Shown: positions 47,289 through 56,770 of the stretch, in pieces
Layout of the letters: every line of letters starts with the position of its first letter
Numbering within the stretch: the stretch's first letter is position 1
Origin: Verrucomicrobiales bacterium
GTDB lineage: Bacteria; Verrucomicrobiota; Verrucomicrobiia; Limisphaerales; J093
Assembly: GCA_037439785.1 (NCBI GenBank)
Contig: JBBIVJ010000001.1
Span: 33,114-97,113 of the forward strand
Reading direction: 5' to 3'
Length of the DNA stretch: 64,000 nucleotides
Notes under the pieces: model-generated
Seen by the model: only the letters and a program-made list of their open reading frames with translations
What the model was told of the DNA's origin: nothing
The model's database searches: none
Translations under genes and position numbers: made by a program

Positions 47289-49457
47289 TCAGAAGCGGTA
47301 GCGCAGGGTCGAGTACACCCAGTGCGTGTCGTAATCCCGCCGCCCGCCGGCGAGGGTGTCGTGGCTGGTGAAGAAGCCGTAGCGGAGGGCCAGTTGGACG
47401 CGCGCGGAGAGGCGGCGGATCAGGCCGAGGGTAAGGCCGTGTTCCTCCGCGCCGGCCCCGTACGGCTGGCCGGCCAGGGAGTTGTCCGCGTAGTTGTCCG
47501 CCCGGTAGTAAACGTATTGCGCCTCCAGGTCGGTCCGGTCATCGCAGGCCAGGCCCAGGGTGAGCTGGGCGGTCCAGTAATCGTTTTCGGCATCCTGTAC
47601 GGCGGGCAGGAACGACGAGGCAGGCGTCTCGGTGCGGTCGGTCACGTAACTGAGCGAACCCAAGACGTAGAGCCGCGCCCAGGGCACCCAACTGAGGCTG
47701 CCGCTGCCGATGTGGCTGGTGAGTTCGGCCGATTCGAGGGAGGCGCGGCCGTCGGCGCGGGTCTCGATGCGGGACAGTTGCAGGTCGTAGCGGCCGACCA
47801 GGGTGAGATTGGCGCGGGGCCGCCAGGTGAGGCGGAAGTTGAGGTCGTCGGTGGTGAAGTCCTGGGCGCGGAGGTAGGCGGGCAGGCGGTTGATCGAGTC
47901 GGGGGTGTTGGGGGTCGAGTCGCGGTCGTGGTCGTAATCGTTGTTGCGAATCTTGTGGTAGTACTCGGCGCCGAAGCTCAGGCGTCGGCGGGGATACCAG
48001 TTGGCGCCCACGGTGTATTTCTGGGCGTGGCGCTGGTCGTCGGTGGAGCGAAACAGCACGGCGGTGGCGGTGGTGCGGTTGTCCAGCCGTTCGTCGAGGT
48101 CGCCGTTGCCCTGGAGCCACCAGCCGCGGGCGTAGAAGACCCAGTTGGTCAGGCCGGTGTAGCGGACCTCGAGCGCCTCCGACACGTCCAGCAGTCGGCG
48201 TTCGCTGGCGGCGGCGTAGGCCGAGGGGCTGAAGGGGGCGGCGGGCGCATCGAAGAACGCCTCGCTGTCGGTCTGGCGGCTCTCGATCCGGACCGCGGGC
48301 ACCAGCACCAGGCGGTCGGTCAGTTGCGCCAGCAGATTCAGGTTGCCCACGTGCTGGCGCAGGAGCGCACCGCCCGCCAGCCGGTCGAAGGTGCCGATGG
48401 CGGGGTAGCGTTGGGCGAGGTCGGGATCAAAGACCGAACCAAACACCCGGTAGCCGGCAAGCTCGGAAGTCAGGTCGGTGTAACCATAGGCGGCAGTGAA
48501 TTTGAAGCGGTCCCCCAGCGGGGTCTCGGTGGTGGCATGGGCGCCGAACAGGTCCGCGGTGGTTCGGTCGCGCTGGGTCACGCGCCGGTCCAGGGCCGGG
48601 CCCTCGCCGGGAAAGCGCCGCATCCAGCGGGCCTCGTCGTTGTCCTGGCGCTCATAGCGGAAGCCGACGCCCACGCGCGTGCCCGCCAGGGTGTGGGCCA
48701 GGTCGGCCATTACCAGATCGCGCACGCGGTCCAGGTCCAGCAGCGTCGGCACGATATTGCGGGTCCCCAGGCCGCCGGTCTGGCCGGTCAGCCCCCAACT
48801 GGTCGAGTCCTTCTGCCCCTCCCGCTCGCGGTGGGAGTACCGCAGGGTGAAGTGGGGCACCTTGGGCAGCCGCAGCCCGGCCTCGAGGGTGAACTCCCGC
48901 TCGTCGAAGGCCAGCGCGCCCGAGTACAGGTCATACCAGCCCTGCGTGGGGGGAAACCAGCCCCCCGCCGGGTCGGACCACTGGCGGAACTCCCGGTACC
49001 CGAACCGCACAAAGCCCTTCTCAGGCAGGTTCAGGTCAAACCGCAGCGCGTAGTCGTGGTTGTCAAAAATCCCGCGGCCGTCCAGTTGGAGCAGGCCGTC
49101 GCCGCCCACCGGCCGCTCGTAGTGGAAACTCTCGACGCCCCCAAACGCGCCGTCCGGCTGCCCGGTCCGCTGCTGGTAGGCGGCGCGGCGGCCGTTGAAA
49201 AAGGTCCCCCCCACGCCGAACTCGATCCAGTTCCGCGGCTCGCCCGCCCCGGCGGGGGCGGCTTCCGCGGCCGGTTCTTCCGTGGCCGGTTCGCCGGCCG
49301 GCGCTTCGGCGGGCTCGGTCCTGGTCGGCTCCGGGGGCGAGGCCGGCGGCGCAGCCGGGGGCGCTTCGGCTGCGCACACGCCCATTGTGAGCGGCAGCGC
49401 CCACAGGGCGGGCACCAGGCGGCGGGGCAGCGGAGCGGGGGGAGTGGGGGGGTTCAT
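47289..49457 (-). CDS. large outer-membrane beta-barrel protein, MtrB/PioB-like by size and context
   Basis: An internal ATG (Met58) gives 722 aa. Signal peptide, then a P/A/E-rich linker, then a strand-like alternating pattern to the end. The terminal residues are YSTLRYRF. GGAGG lies in the 14-nt gap after the cytochrome stop. The family assignment is not verified by search. Confidence 0.65.
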   Translation of the reverse strand: MNPPTPPAPLPRRLVPALWALPLTMGVCAAEAPPAAPPASPPEPTRTEPAEAPAGEPATEEPAAEAAPAGAGEPRNWIEFGVGGTFFNGRRAAYQQRTGQPDGAFGGVESFHYERPVGGDGLLQLDGRGIFDNHDYALRFDLNLPEKGFVRFGYREFRQWSDPAGGWFPPTQGWYDLYSGALAFDEREFTLEAGLRLPKVPHFTLRYSHREREGQKDSTSWGLTGQTGGLGTRNIVPTLLDLDRVRDLVMADLAHTLAGTRVGVGFRYERQDNDEARWMRRFPGEGPALDRRVTQRDRTTADLFGAHATTETPLGDRFKFTAAYGYTDLTSELAGYRVFGSVFDPDLAQRYPAIGTFDRLAGGALLRQHVGNLNLLAQLTDRLVLVPAVRIESRQTDSEAFFDAPAAPFSPSAYAAASERRLLDVSEALEVRYTGLTNWVFYARGWWLQGNGDLDERLDNRTTATAVLFRSTDDQRHAQKYTVGANWYPRRRLSFGAEYYHKIRNNDYDHDRDSTPNTPDSINRLPAYLRAQDFTTDDLNFRLTWRPRANLTLVGRYDLQLSRIETRADGRASLESAELTSHIGSGSLSWVPWARLYVLGSLSYVTDRTETPASSFLPAVQDAENDYWTAQLTLGLACDDRTDLEAQYVYYRADNYADNSLAGQPYGAGAEEHGLTLGLIRRLSARVQLALRYGFFTSHDTLAGGRRDYDTHWVYSTLRYRF

Positions 49458-49471
49458 GGCGACCTCCGGAT

Positions 49472-50323
49472 TCAGTACCGCAGCGAGGAACTGACCTGGG
49501 AGCCGTGCACGGCTTCGTGGCAGCCGGCGCTCCAGCAGGTACCCTGGGACAACAACAACGCGTGATCGAACCCGCCGATGAGCACTTCGCCGCCGGGGCG
49601 GCGTTCGGCGATGTGGCACTTCAGGCACAACGAGGCATTGCGCTGGGTGAGCAGTTTGGCGTTCACCGAGCCGTGCGGCTGGTGGCAGGTGGTGCAGCCT
49701 TCGCGCATGGCTTCGTGCTCGAAGACATGCGGGCCCCGCTGGGTGTCATGGCATTCGGTGCACCCCTCCGAAGCCGATACCAGCGAGGTGCCGACACCCT
49801 TCACCGCCGGGCCGCGATGGGGATCGTGGCACTCCTGACAGGTCATCCGTCCCTCCGGTACCGGATGATGGTGGGGCAGGTTGAACGCGGCCCGCGTGGC
49901 CAGATGGCACTGGTAACAGGTCTGGGGGTCCTGGCGCGGATTCAGAATGGTACCCGGTTCGCCGCCCGACTCGCTGTGGAGGCTGCCCGGCCCGTGGCAG
50001 GACTCGCAGCCCACATCAAGGGCGTTCGGCCCCCGCGCCTGGAGGTTCGCATGCACCGCGGTCCGGAACTCCCGCACCAGCTCCTCGTGGCAGTCCGCAC
50101 AGGCGGCGGTGCCGACAAAACTGGCGCCGGGGATGGTCGGCGGCGCCACCACCGTCCGGCTCAACGTGCCGCAGGCGATCAGGCCGACCAGCGGGCCGGC
50201 CCAAAGCCCCCAGCGCAGGCACGTCAACCAGCGGCGGCGGGAGGTGGAAGCGGAGAGACCGTGCGGGGTGGGTTCGGCGCGTTCAGTCATAAGAAACGCT
50301 GGTCTGCGCCCCCCAGAGACCAT
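49472..50323 (-). CDS. octaheme c-type cytochrome, MtrA/DmsE-like, predicted lipoprotein
   Basis: Seven CXXCH motifs (CADCH, CESCH, CYQCH, CQECH, CTECH, CTTCH, CLKCH) plus CWSAGCH (CX4CH). CTTCHQPHGSVNAKLL and a terminal CHEAVHGS. RRR plus a hydrophobic stretch plus an LIAC lipobox. Start is ATG 50323 or ATG 50290 (the track starts at TTG 50332). Confidence 0.85.
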   Translation of the reverse strand: MVSGGRRPAFLMTERAEPTPHGLSASTSRRRWLTCLRWGLWAGPLVGLIACGTLSRTVVAPPTIPGASFVGTAACADCHEELVREFRTAVHANLQARGPNALDVGCESCHGPGSLHSESGGEPGTILNPRQDPQTCYQCHLATRAAFNLPHHHPVPEGRMTCQECHDPHRGPAVKGVGTSLVSASEGCTECHDTQRGPHVFEHEAMREGCTTCHQPHGSVNAKLLTQRNASLCLKCHIAERRPGGEVLIGGFDHALLLSQGTCWSAGCHEAVHGSQVSSSLRY

Positions 50324-50573
50324 GCAAGACAAAAGGACTCAAGCGAAAAATGCTGGATTCGGCGTTTTACGGGGAATGGGGAGCGCGCAGTCCCGAAGCC
50401 GGCGTCGAGGCGGGATGATTCGGCCGGTCACCCGGCAGGGGCGGGCCGGGCAGGTGGGCGCCGTGCCGCCCCACGCTCAGCTCGGGGCAGCCCGCGAAAA
50501 CGGTTGCCCTGGATATGCCTTTGCTTCACCTTTCCGTCCGGTTCGATTGGGATCACTCAACATCTGGCCAGCC

Positions 50574-51521
50574 ATGAATCCACCCCTGAACCGCCGTCAC
50601 TTCCTTCAAACCGCGGCCGTCACGGCGGCCGCCCTCCCGGTGGGTTTGCCGGCGGAGCCCGTCCCCGGCCTGCCCACCCATCCCCTGCCCCCGCCGCAGG
50701 GGCAGCTCCCCACCGGCCGCATCGGCCCGCGCACCTTCAGCCGGCTGATGCTGGGCGGGAACCTGATCGGCGGCTACGCCCACGCCCGCGACCTCCAGTA
50801 CGTCTCGCACCTGATGCTGCGTTACAACACCGACGCCAAGATCGCCGAGACCCTCGAGCTGGCCGAGACCCACGGCATCAACGCGGTCAACAGTTGGGTG
50901 CGCGACGGTGCGCACCACTTCCAGCGCCACTGGAAACGCGGCGGCAAGATGCAATGGATCGCCCAGGCCCGCCTGGACGAGCGGGGTGGCTTCGACCAGT
51001 TCAAGCAGGCCGCCGACCTCGGCGCGGTGGCCATCCATGCGACCGGCGATACCGCCGACGCACTGGTGCAACGGGGCGAGCTGGACACCCTGGCCCGCAG
51101 CCTCGAGGTCATCCGCGCCCGCGGCTGTCTGGCCGGGATTGCGGCGCACGGCCTGGGCACCATCGTGGCCTGTGAAAAGGCCGGCATCCAACCCGACATC
51201 TACCTCAAAACTTTCCACACCCACGATTACTTCACCGCCCCGCGGCCGGACGAGACCGGCGACCTGGGCCGTTACGACAACTCCTGGTGCAAGGACCCCG
51301 AGGAGGTGGCCGAAGTCATGTTCCGGGTGCGCCAGCCCTGGATTGCCTTCAAGGTCCTCGCGGCGGGGGCCATCGCCCCGGCGCGCGGCTTCCGACACGC
51401 GTTTGAAAATGGCGCCGACTTCATCCTGGTGGGCATGTTTGACTGGCAGATCGAGGAGGACGTGCGCCTGACCCGCGAAATCCTCGCCCACCTCCAGCGC
51501 ACCCGGCCCTGGAGGAGCTGA
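50574..51521 (+). CDS. twin-arginine-signal periplasmic protein of unknown function
   Basis: An internal ATG gives 315 aa. MNPPLNRRHFLQTAAVTAAAL is a TAT-type signal. Alternating beta/alpha character suggests a barrel fold. No catalytic motif recognised. Confidence 0.6.
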   Translation: MNPPLNRRHFLQTAAVTAAALPVGLPAEPVPGLPTHPLPPPQGQLPTGRIGPRTFSRLMLGGNLIGGYAHARDLQYVSHLMLRYNTDAKIAETLELAETHGINAVNSWVRDGAHHFQRHWKRGGKMQWIAQARLDERGGFDQFKQAADLGAVAIHATGDTADALVQRGELDTLARSLEVIRARGCLAGIAAHGLGTIVACEKAGIQPDIYLKTFHTHDYFTAPRPDETGDLGRYDNSWCKDPEEVAEVMFRVRQPWIAFKVLAAGAIAPARGFRHAFENGADFILVGMFDWQIEEDVRLTREILAHLQRTRPWRS

Positions 51522-51610
51522 CACCGCCGCCCCGGCCGTGTCCGGCTCCCGCTGCGGGAAGTACATTCCCCGGGCAGGAAGCCGGGCGAAGTGGAGGGAA
51601 GGCCCGGCCC

Positions 51611-54600
51611 TCAGGGCACCACCACCAGGCGGTAGAACCGCGCCGGCCGGCCGGTCGCGGGATCGGTCCAGCGCAACGTCGGCCCGGTGCTGACGCGGGT
51701 AGCCAACGGTTCCCACGTGCGCAGGTCCTCGGAGACTTCGAGCCGGTAGATCAGACCGGGCACGCTCGTCAATTCGAGCACGACGCCGTCGTCCGGGTTG
51801 AGGGTGACCGACTCCAGCCGCGGCATGTGGGGGTGCAGCACCAGCGTGGCGCGGGCCAGGGCGGCGACTTCATAGCCGTGGTCCCAGGCGACCTGACCCG
51901 CCACGACCTCCAGTTCGAGCGGGGCCGTCCCGCTGGCGGGCAGGGCCAGGAAGGTCAATTCCAGCACCGGGGCATCGAGTGCGGTCCAGGCGGCCGGGCC
52001 GGCAGCGGCGAAGTGCACCGCGCCGGAAGTGGCGTCGGTGCTGAGCAACGTGGTGGCACTGGCGGGAACTGCAGGGCCGGGCGGGGGCGGGTCTGGCGTC
52101 GCAGGTTGGAGGGCGTGGGCGGGGTACTGCAGTTGGAAGCTCAGCCCGGAAAGGCCCTCAGGGGGGTGGACCAGACGCACGCGGACCGTCACGCGTTCTC
52201 CCGGCCAGAGCGCAAGGCGGTCGGCCTCGACGATCAGTGTCGTAACCGGCGCCGCCGCCGGGCGGGGAGCGGCGAGGGTGGGTCGGCCCCGCACCACCCT
52301 CGATGCCCGGCCCGGATCGAGCGGGGCCGGCGCCGGGTCGAGGCCCACGACCACGCGCAGGACCTTGATCACATCGCCCGCATCGAGGCTCTGGCTGGCG
52401 TTGAGGTCGTTGCCGGTGACATCCCATGGGCGGACAGGGTCCAGGAGCGCGATCAGGCGCTGGATCAAGGCGGCGTCGCCGACGTCCAGCGCGTCGTTGC
52501 CGTTGTTGTCGCCGGGCAGGTGGCGGCGGCGGATTTCGACGCTGCCGGGGTCGGCGCCGTTGCCAAAGTCAAGCAGCGCGCCTGAGCGGTCAGCCACGTC
52601 GGCGAGGACGGGGACCAGCTCGGTGGTCAGGGATTGGGGGACGCTGCGGGCGCGCAAGGAGAGGGTGGCCAGCGGAATCGTGCCGGCGGGCAGTTCACTT
52701 CCCGGCAGCGAGAGCGTGGCGCGGACGACGCCGGCTTCCTGCACGTTCACTTCCGTCAGCGCCGCACTCAACGCCGGGGCCTCGGACCAGGTCCAGACCG
52801 GATCGCGGAAACGCTCGGGATCGTACTGGAGCCACAAGGTCAGGCCGCCCACGCCCCCGGAGCTGCGGAAGACCAGGTCGCTGGCCAGCCGACGCCCTTC
52901 CCGCACCGCGGCCGGCTGGCCCGGGGTGAGCAGGCGGGCGGGTTCATACGTCACCCGCACCTCGGCCTCGGCCGTGTTGCCGGCCGGGTCGCGCGCGATG
53001 ACCCGCAGCCGGTTTTCGCCGCGCACCCACCGCAAGCCGGGGCGCTGGAAATGGCCCTCCACCAACGTCAGTTCCCCCATCTCCCGGCCGTTCCAGTACC
53101 AGGTGACGGAGGCCACGGCAACATTGTCCACGACCGTGCCCGCCAGCACAAACCGGTCATCGTCGGTCAGACCCGCGGCGGGCGAAGTCAGCGTCAGCAC
53201 GGGCGGTTCGGTTTCCAGTCCGATCTGGAAACTCTCCAGCCCGACCAGGTCCGCCGGAAAAGAAGGGGGTGCGCCGGCCCCGCCGGTGACCAGCGACAGC
53301 ACGCCGGAAACGCCGGTCTTGCTCCCCGCCCGCAGGGCCGAGACGTAATCCGGCCCACGGGCCGATTCCCACACCCGCATCTGCACATGAGCCAGGGCGC
53401 CGGGCGCCACCCCGGGGATAGCCACCACTCCCCCCACAATGTAACCGGCCGCCGCGCCGGTGCGGAAGGGAACCGCCGCGCCCACCGGCTCGAGGGGGTC
53501 GGGGGTGAGGCCGGCAAACAACTGGGCCAGATAGGCCGGTCCCGCCAGGGGGGTGGTCCCGTCTGCCTCGAATATCGGGGCATCCACGCCGGCCAGGGCG
53601 ACGCGGTTGTTGAAGTGGACCGTGCCGCCCGGCTCGAGCGGGAGCACGCGCACCACGACGGGTTGGGAGACCGCGCTGCCGGCGGCGTTGCGCACCTCGA
53701 CCCAGTAGGTCCCGGCGTTATCCAGTTGCAACGCGGGCCATTCCAGCCGGGCAGTGGTGGCCGCCGGGAGGGGCTGACCGTTGCGGTACCACTGGAAGGT
53801 CAACGGCCCGGCGCCAATGGCGGTGACGGCCAATGCCGCGGTTTCTCCCACCCGTTGTTCGACCCCGCTCGGATGGGCGAGAATTTCGGGAAGCGGCGGG
53901 GGGGCGGTCACGGTGAGCGGCACCGGGGGGCTGCTGGCCTCCCCATAAGGACTGAGCACGCGCACGTGGTAATCGCCGGCGTGTTCCGGCGTCACCGCGG
54001 CCAGGGTGAAGCGGGGCGCGTTGGGGGCGTCAGGCAGGCGGACGTTGTTGTGATACCACTCGAAGGTCAACGGCGGGGTGCCCGCGACTTCCACGGTAAA
54101 GGTGGCCGGCGCCCCCTCGGGGACGCTGACCGGTTGCGGGGGACTCAGAATCTGCGGCGGCACGTTCACCACCAACAGGGCCGGATCGCTGGTCACCGCC
54201 CCCAGGGCGTTGCTCACCCGCACGCGGTAGATGCCGGCCTGTTCGGGCTGAACCTCCGGCAGCCGGAGCACCGGCCCGGTGGCCCCGGGCAGCTCGGTGT
54301 TATTGAACCACCATTGGTAGGCCAGCGGTGACGTGCCCACGGCCTCGACATTCAGCTCGACCGGCTGCCCGGCCAGGACGGCCTGACCAAGCGGCTGCCG
54401 CACAATGCGCGGGGCCGCGGGCAGGATGGTGTAGGTCCCCTCGACCACCGGCGACACCGGGTTGCCCGCGTAGAAAGCCCGGGCCTTCAGTGTGGCCGAT
54501 TCGGTCAGCGCGGTAAGCCCCTCGCTGAGGAGCGGGGCGCCGGCGCCGGGCTCGGAGCCATCCACGGTGTAGCGGATGGCGGCGCCGACCACCGGTGATT

Positions 54601-56575
54601 CGGCGCGGATACTCACCTCCAGCACGAACTCGCCGCCGGGCGGGTCCAGCACCAGCAACGGGGCAGGCTCGGCCGGGAGCGAGTCGGGGTCTGTCGGGTC
54701 GGTGTCGGCCAGCCATTCCTGCAGGGTGTTGGCCCCGTCTTCATCCGCATCTGCGAGGGCGGCGGCATCGTCCCGCTCGAACCAGGCAGGGCCAAAATGC
54801 GCCTCCCTCCAGGAGCCGGGTATGCTGTCGTTCCAGCGGTCCTCCAGGAACAGCGCCTTCACCTCCTCCGACACTGCCTGCCCGCCCCTGACCAGCAGCG
54901 CCCGCACCAGGGTGGACCGCGTCAGCGTGATGGGTCCCGAATAGAGCAGGGAGTCGGCCGTGGGTTCGGTACCATCCACCGTGTACCGCACTTCGCTGTC
55001 CGGACGCAGGTTGGTGAGGGTGACCTGCAGGGTGCCCGTGAAGAAGTTGCGGTCGGGGCTGATCTGCAGCGGTGGTCCGGCTTCGCGCACGGTGAGCACC
55101 TGGTTTGCGGCCACGCGCGGGTAGGTGGTGATCGCCCCGGAAGGCCACCGGACCTGCAGTTCCGCCCCCTCGTTTGCGGGGCCGAGGCCGAAATGGGCGA
55201 TATCGCTGGAGCCGCCCCAGCCGTCGTAGGCCACCACCTCGCGCATTTGCCAGCGCGGCACCCCCTCGACCACCGTCAGCACCCGGACCCGTGCCCCGAG
55301 ATGGGTACGGCCGGGAGCCGGCTGCAATCGGACGCGCAGCCAGTGGTTGGAGTTGCCCAGGTTGCGATAGAGCCCGCTCCCGGTCAGAGAATAACTTTGT
55401 TGAGTGACGAAGAAGTCCAGAAACCCGTTCTGGTCGTAGTCGTCCATGACCAAGGCCAATGTCAACCCTGGTTCGGTAAGTCCGGTATTTTCAATACGCC
55501 GCTCAAAGGTGCCGTCGCCCCGGTTGCGATAGATAAGCACCAGCGGGTCCTGGCCTTCGAAGGAGCGCGAGAAATTGGCCACAAACAGGTCCAGATTCCC
55601 GTCATTGTCGTAATCCGCCCAAGAGCAGCCGCTGGAATCCGCTTCGTCCTCGACCTGGGGGCCGCTGGTCACCCGCGTGAAGGAGCCGTCGCCATTGTTG
55701 CGGTACAGGAAATTGGGACCGAAGCGATTGGCCACGTACAAATCCAGGTTCCCATCGCCGTTGTAGTCCCCCCAGGTGCCGCTCATGGAGTAGCCGCCGT
55801 CGTTGACCACCTCGCCGGAGGTGATGCGGACCAAGGTCCCCCGGTCATTACGGAACAGGGCATTGTTGCGATGGTCAGCGACGGCAACAAAGAGGTCCGG
55901 ATCCCCGTCGTTGTCGTAATCCCCCCAGGCACAGCCCTGGCTTCCTGTGATTTGCCCCACTTCGCTGTCGCTTACCGGCACCAAGAACCCATCCCTGCTG
56001 TTTCGCCACAATGTGCCGGGACCCCCGGGATTCGCCAGGAACAGGTCCAGGTAGCCGTCTCCGTCAAAATCCCCCCACGCGGCGCCGACAGCGGCTCCCC
56101 AAATGCCCCATGGCCTTTCTTCGATCCACCCTTCTCCAAAATCTACCAACATCGTGACCATGCGGAGAGTTCCGTCGCCCAGGTTCCGGAAAAGCCGCCC
56201 GGGACCACCGTTATTTCTCGCCAGGAAAAGGTCCACGTCCCCGTCGTTGTCATAGTCCCCCCAACTGCAGCCGCTCCAGCCCGCCGGGTCTTCGGGCAAC
56301 CACGGCCACCAAACGAACGTTCCGTCGCGCTGGTTGATAAAAAAGGCAGACCAGCGTGACTCTCTTCCGCTCGCAATGGAGCCGACGACAAAGAGGTCCA
56401 CCCACCCATCCCCATTGATGTCCGCCCAAGCGGCCGCGGGAAAACTGCCTTCCGACGGCAGCCCCACAGGACCGCCTCCAAAAGAGGGGGGATCCTGACA
56501 GGTCCCGTTGGTACTCCCCCCCACCGCCAGCCCCAAGATGAGGAACAACTCGATCGCCTTCGGCTTCATGGACAC
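51611..56575 (-). CDS. giant secreted surface protein: FG-GAP/VCBS repeats, ASPIC/UnbV-like domain, Fn3/CHB_HEX_C-like domains, three Ig I-set domains, cohesin-dockerin-cohesin
   Basis: 1654 aa (ATG at 56569 is likely the true start). Signal peptide. About 7 repeats of WGDYDNDGD.DLF..N. HWLRVRL ... VRWPSG. Three tandem Ig units with the (F/Y)(Q/E)W(Y/W) motif (53642-54418). Dockerin-like paired loops GDNNGNDALDVGDAALIQRL / DVTGNDLNASQSLDAGDVIKVL (52340-52516) are flanked by cohesin-like domains. Confidence 0.85.
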   Translation of the reverse strand: MSMKPKAIELFLILGLAVGGSTNGTCQDPPSFGGGPVGLPSEGSFPAAAWADINGDGWVDLFVVGSIASGRESRWSAFFINQRDGTFVWWPWLPEDPAGWSGCSWGDYDNDGDVDLFLARNNGGPGRLFRNLGDGTLRMVTMLVDFGEGWIEERPWGIWGAAVGAAWGDFDGDGYLDLFLANPGGPGTLWRNSRDGFLVPVSDSEVGQITGSQGCAWGDYDNDGDPDLFVAVADHRNNALFRNDRGTLVRITSGEVVNDGGYSMSGTWGDYNGDGNLDLYVANRFGPNFLYRNNGDGSFTRVTSGPQVEDEADSSGCSWADYDNDGNLDLFVANFSRSFEGQDPLVLIYRNRGDGTFERRIENTGLTEPGLTLALVMDDYDQNGFLDFFVTQQSYSLTGSGLYRNLGNSNHWLRVRLQPAPGRTHLGARVRVLTVVEGVPRWQMREVVAYDGWGGSSDIAHFGLGPANEGAELQVRWPSGAITTYPRVAANQVLTVREAGPPLQISPDRNFFTGTLQVTLTNLRPDSEVRYTVDGTEPTADSLLYSGPITLTRSTLVRALLVRGGQAVSEEVKALFLEDRWNDSIPGSWREAHFGPAWFERDDAAALADADEDGANTLQEWLADTDPTDPDSLPAEPAPLLVLDPPGGEFVLEVSIRAESPVVGAAIRYTVDGSEPGAGAPLLSEGLTALTESATLKARAFYAGNPVSPVVEGTYTILPAAPRIVRQPLGQAVLAGQPVELNVEAVGTSPLAYQWWFNNTELPGATGPVLRLPEVQPEQAGIYRVRVSNALGAVTSDPALLVVNVPPQILSPPQPVSVPEGAPATFTVEVAGTPPLTFEWYHNNVRLPDAPNAPRFTLAAVTPEHAGDYHVRVLSPYGEASSPPVPLTVTAPPPLPEILAHPSGVEQRVGETAALAVTAIGAGPLTFQWYRNGQPLPAATTARLEWPALQLDNAGTYWVEVRNAAGSAVSQPVVVRVLPLEPGGTVHFNNRVALAGVDAPIFEADGTTPLAGPAYLAQLFAGLTPDPLEPVGAAVPFRTGAAAGYIVGGVVAIPGVAPGALAHVQMRVWESARGPDYVSALRAGSKTGVSGVLSLVTGGAGAPPSFPADLVGLESFQIGLETEPPVLTLTSPAAGLTDDDRFVLAGTVVDNVAVASVTWYWNGREMGELTLVEGHFQRPGLRWVRGENRLRVIARDPAGNTAEAEVRVTYEPARLLTPGQPAAVREGRRLASDLVFRSSGGVGGLTLWLQYDPERFRDPVWTWSEAPALSAALTEVNVQEAGVVRATLSLPGSELPAGTIPLATLSLRARSVPQSLTTELVPVLADVADRSGALLDFGNGADPGSVEIRRRHLPGDNNGNDALDVGDAALIQRLIALLDPVRPWDVTGNDLNASQSLDAGDVIKVLRVVVGLDPAPAPLDPGRASRVVRGRPTLAAPRPAAAPVTTLIVEADRLALWPGERVTVRVRLVHPPEGLSGLSFQLQYPAHALQPATPDPPPPGPAVPASATTLLSTDATSGAVHFAAAGPAAWTALDAPVLELTFLALPASGTAPLELEVVAGQVAWDHGYEVAALARATLVLHPHMPRLESVTLNPDDGVVLELTSVPGLIYRLEVSEDLRTWEPLATRVSTGPTLRWTDPATGRPARFYRLVVVP

Positions 56576-56770
56576 CTTCCCTGGGTTGTTTTTACATTGG
56601 TTTCCAAATACTTGGCCGCCATCCCCGCGTCAAGTGCCCAGCCGTCCCTCCTCGCACGAGATCCGGGTCGGGTTGCCGTCCAGGCCCCGCAGCCGGCTTG
56701 CCGGAAAGTTCACCATCCAGCGAGGCTTTGACACCGCCCCACGATTCGGGCACCTTGCCGACCAGACGCT

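Noticed and set aside
47289-49457. TonB-dependent receptor or alginate/polysaccharide export porin
   Set aside because: No TonB box or plug-domain-like N-terminal region can be seen. The N-terminus is a P/A/E-rich linker followed directly by strand-like sequence. The gene is translationally linked to a multiheme cytochrome rather than to transport or EPS genes.
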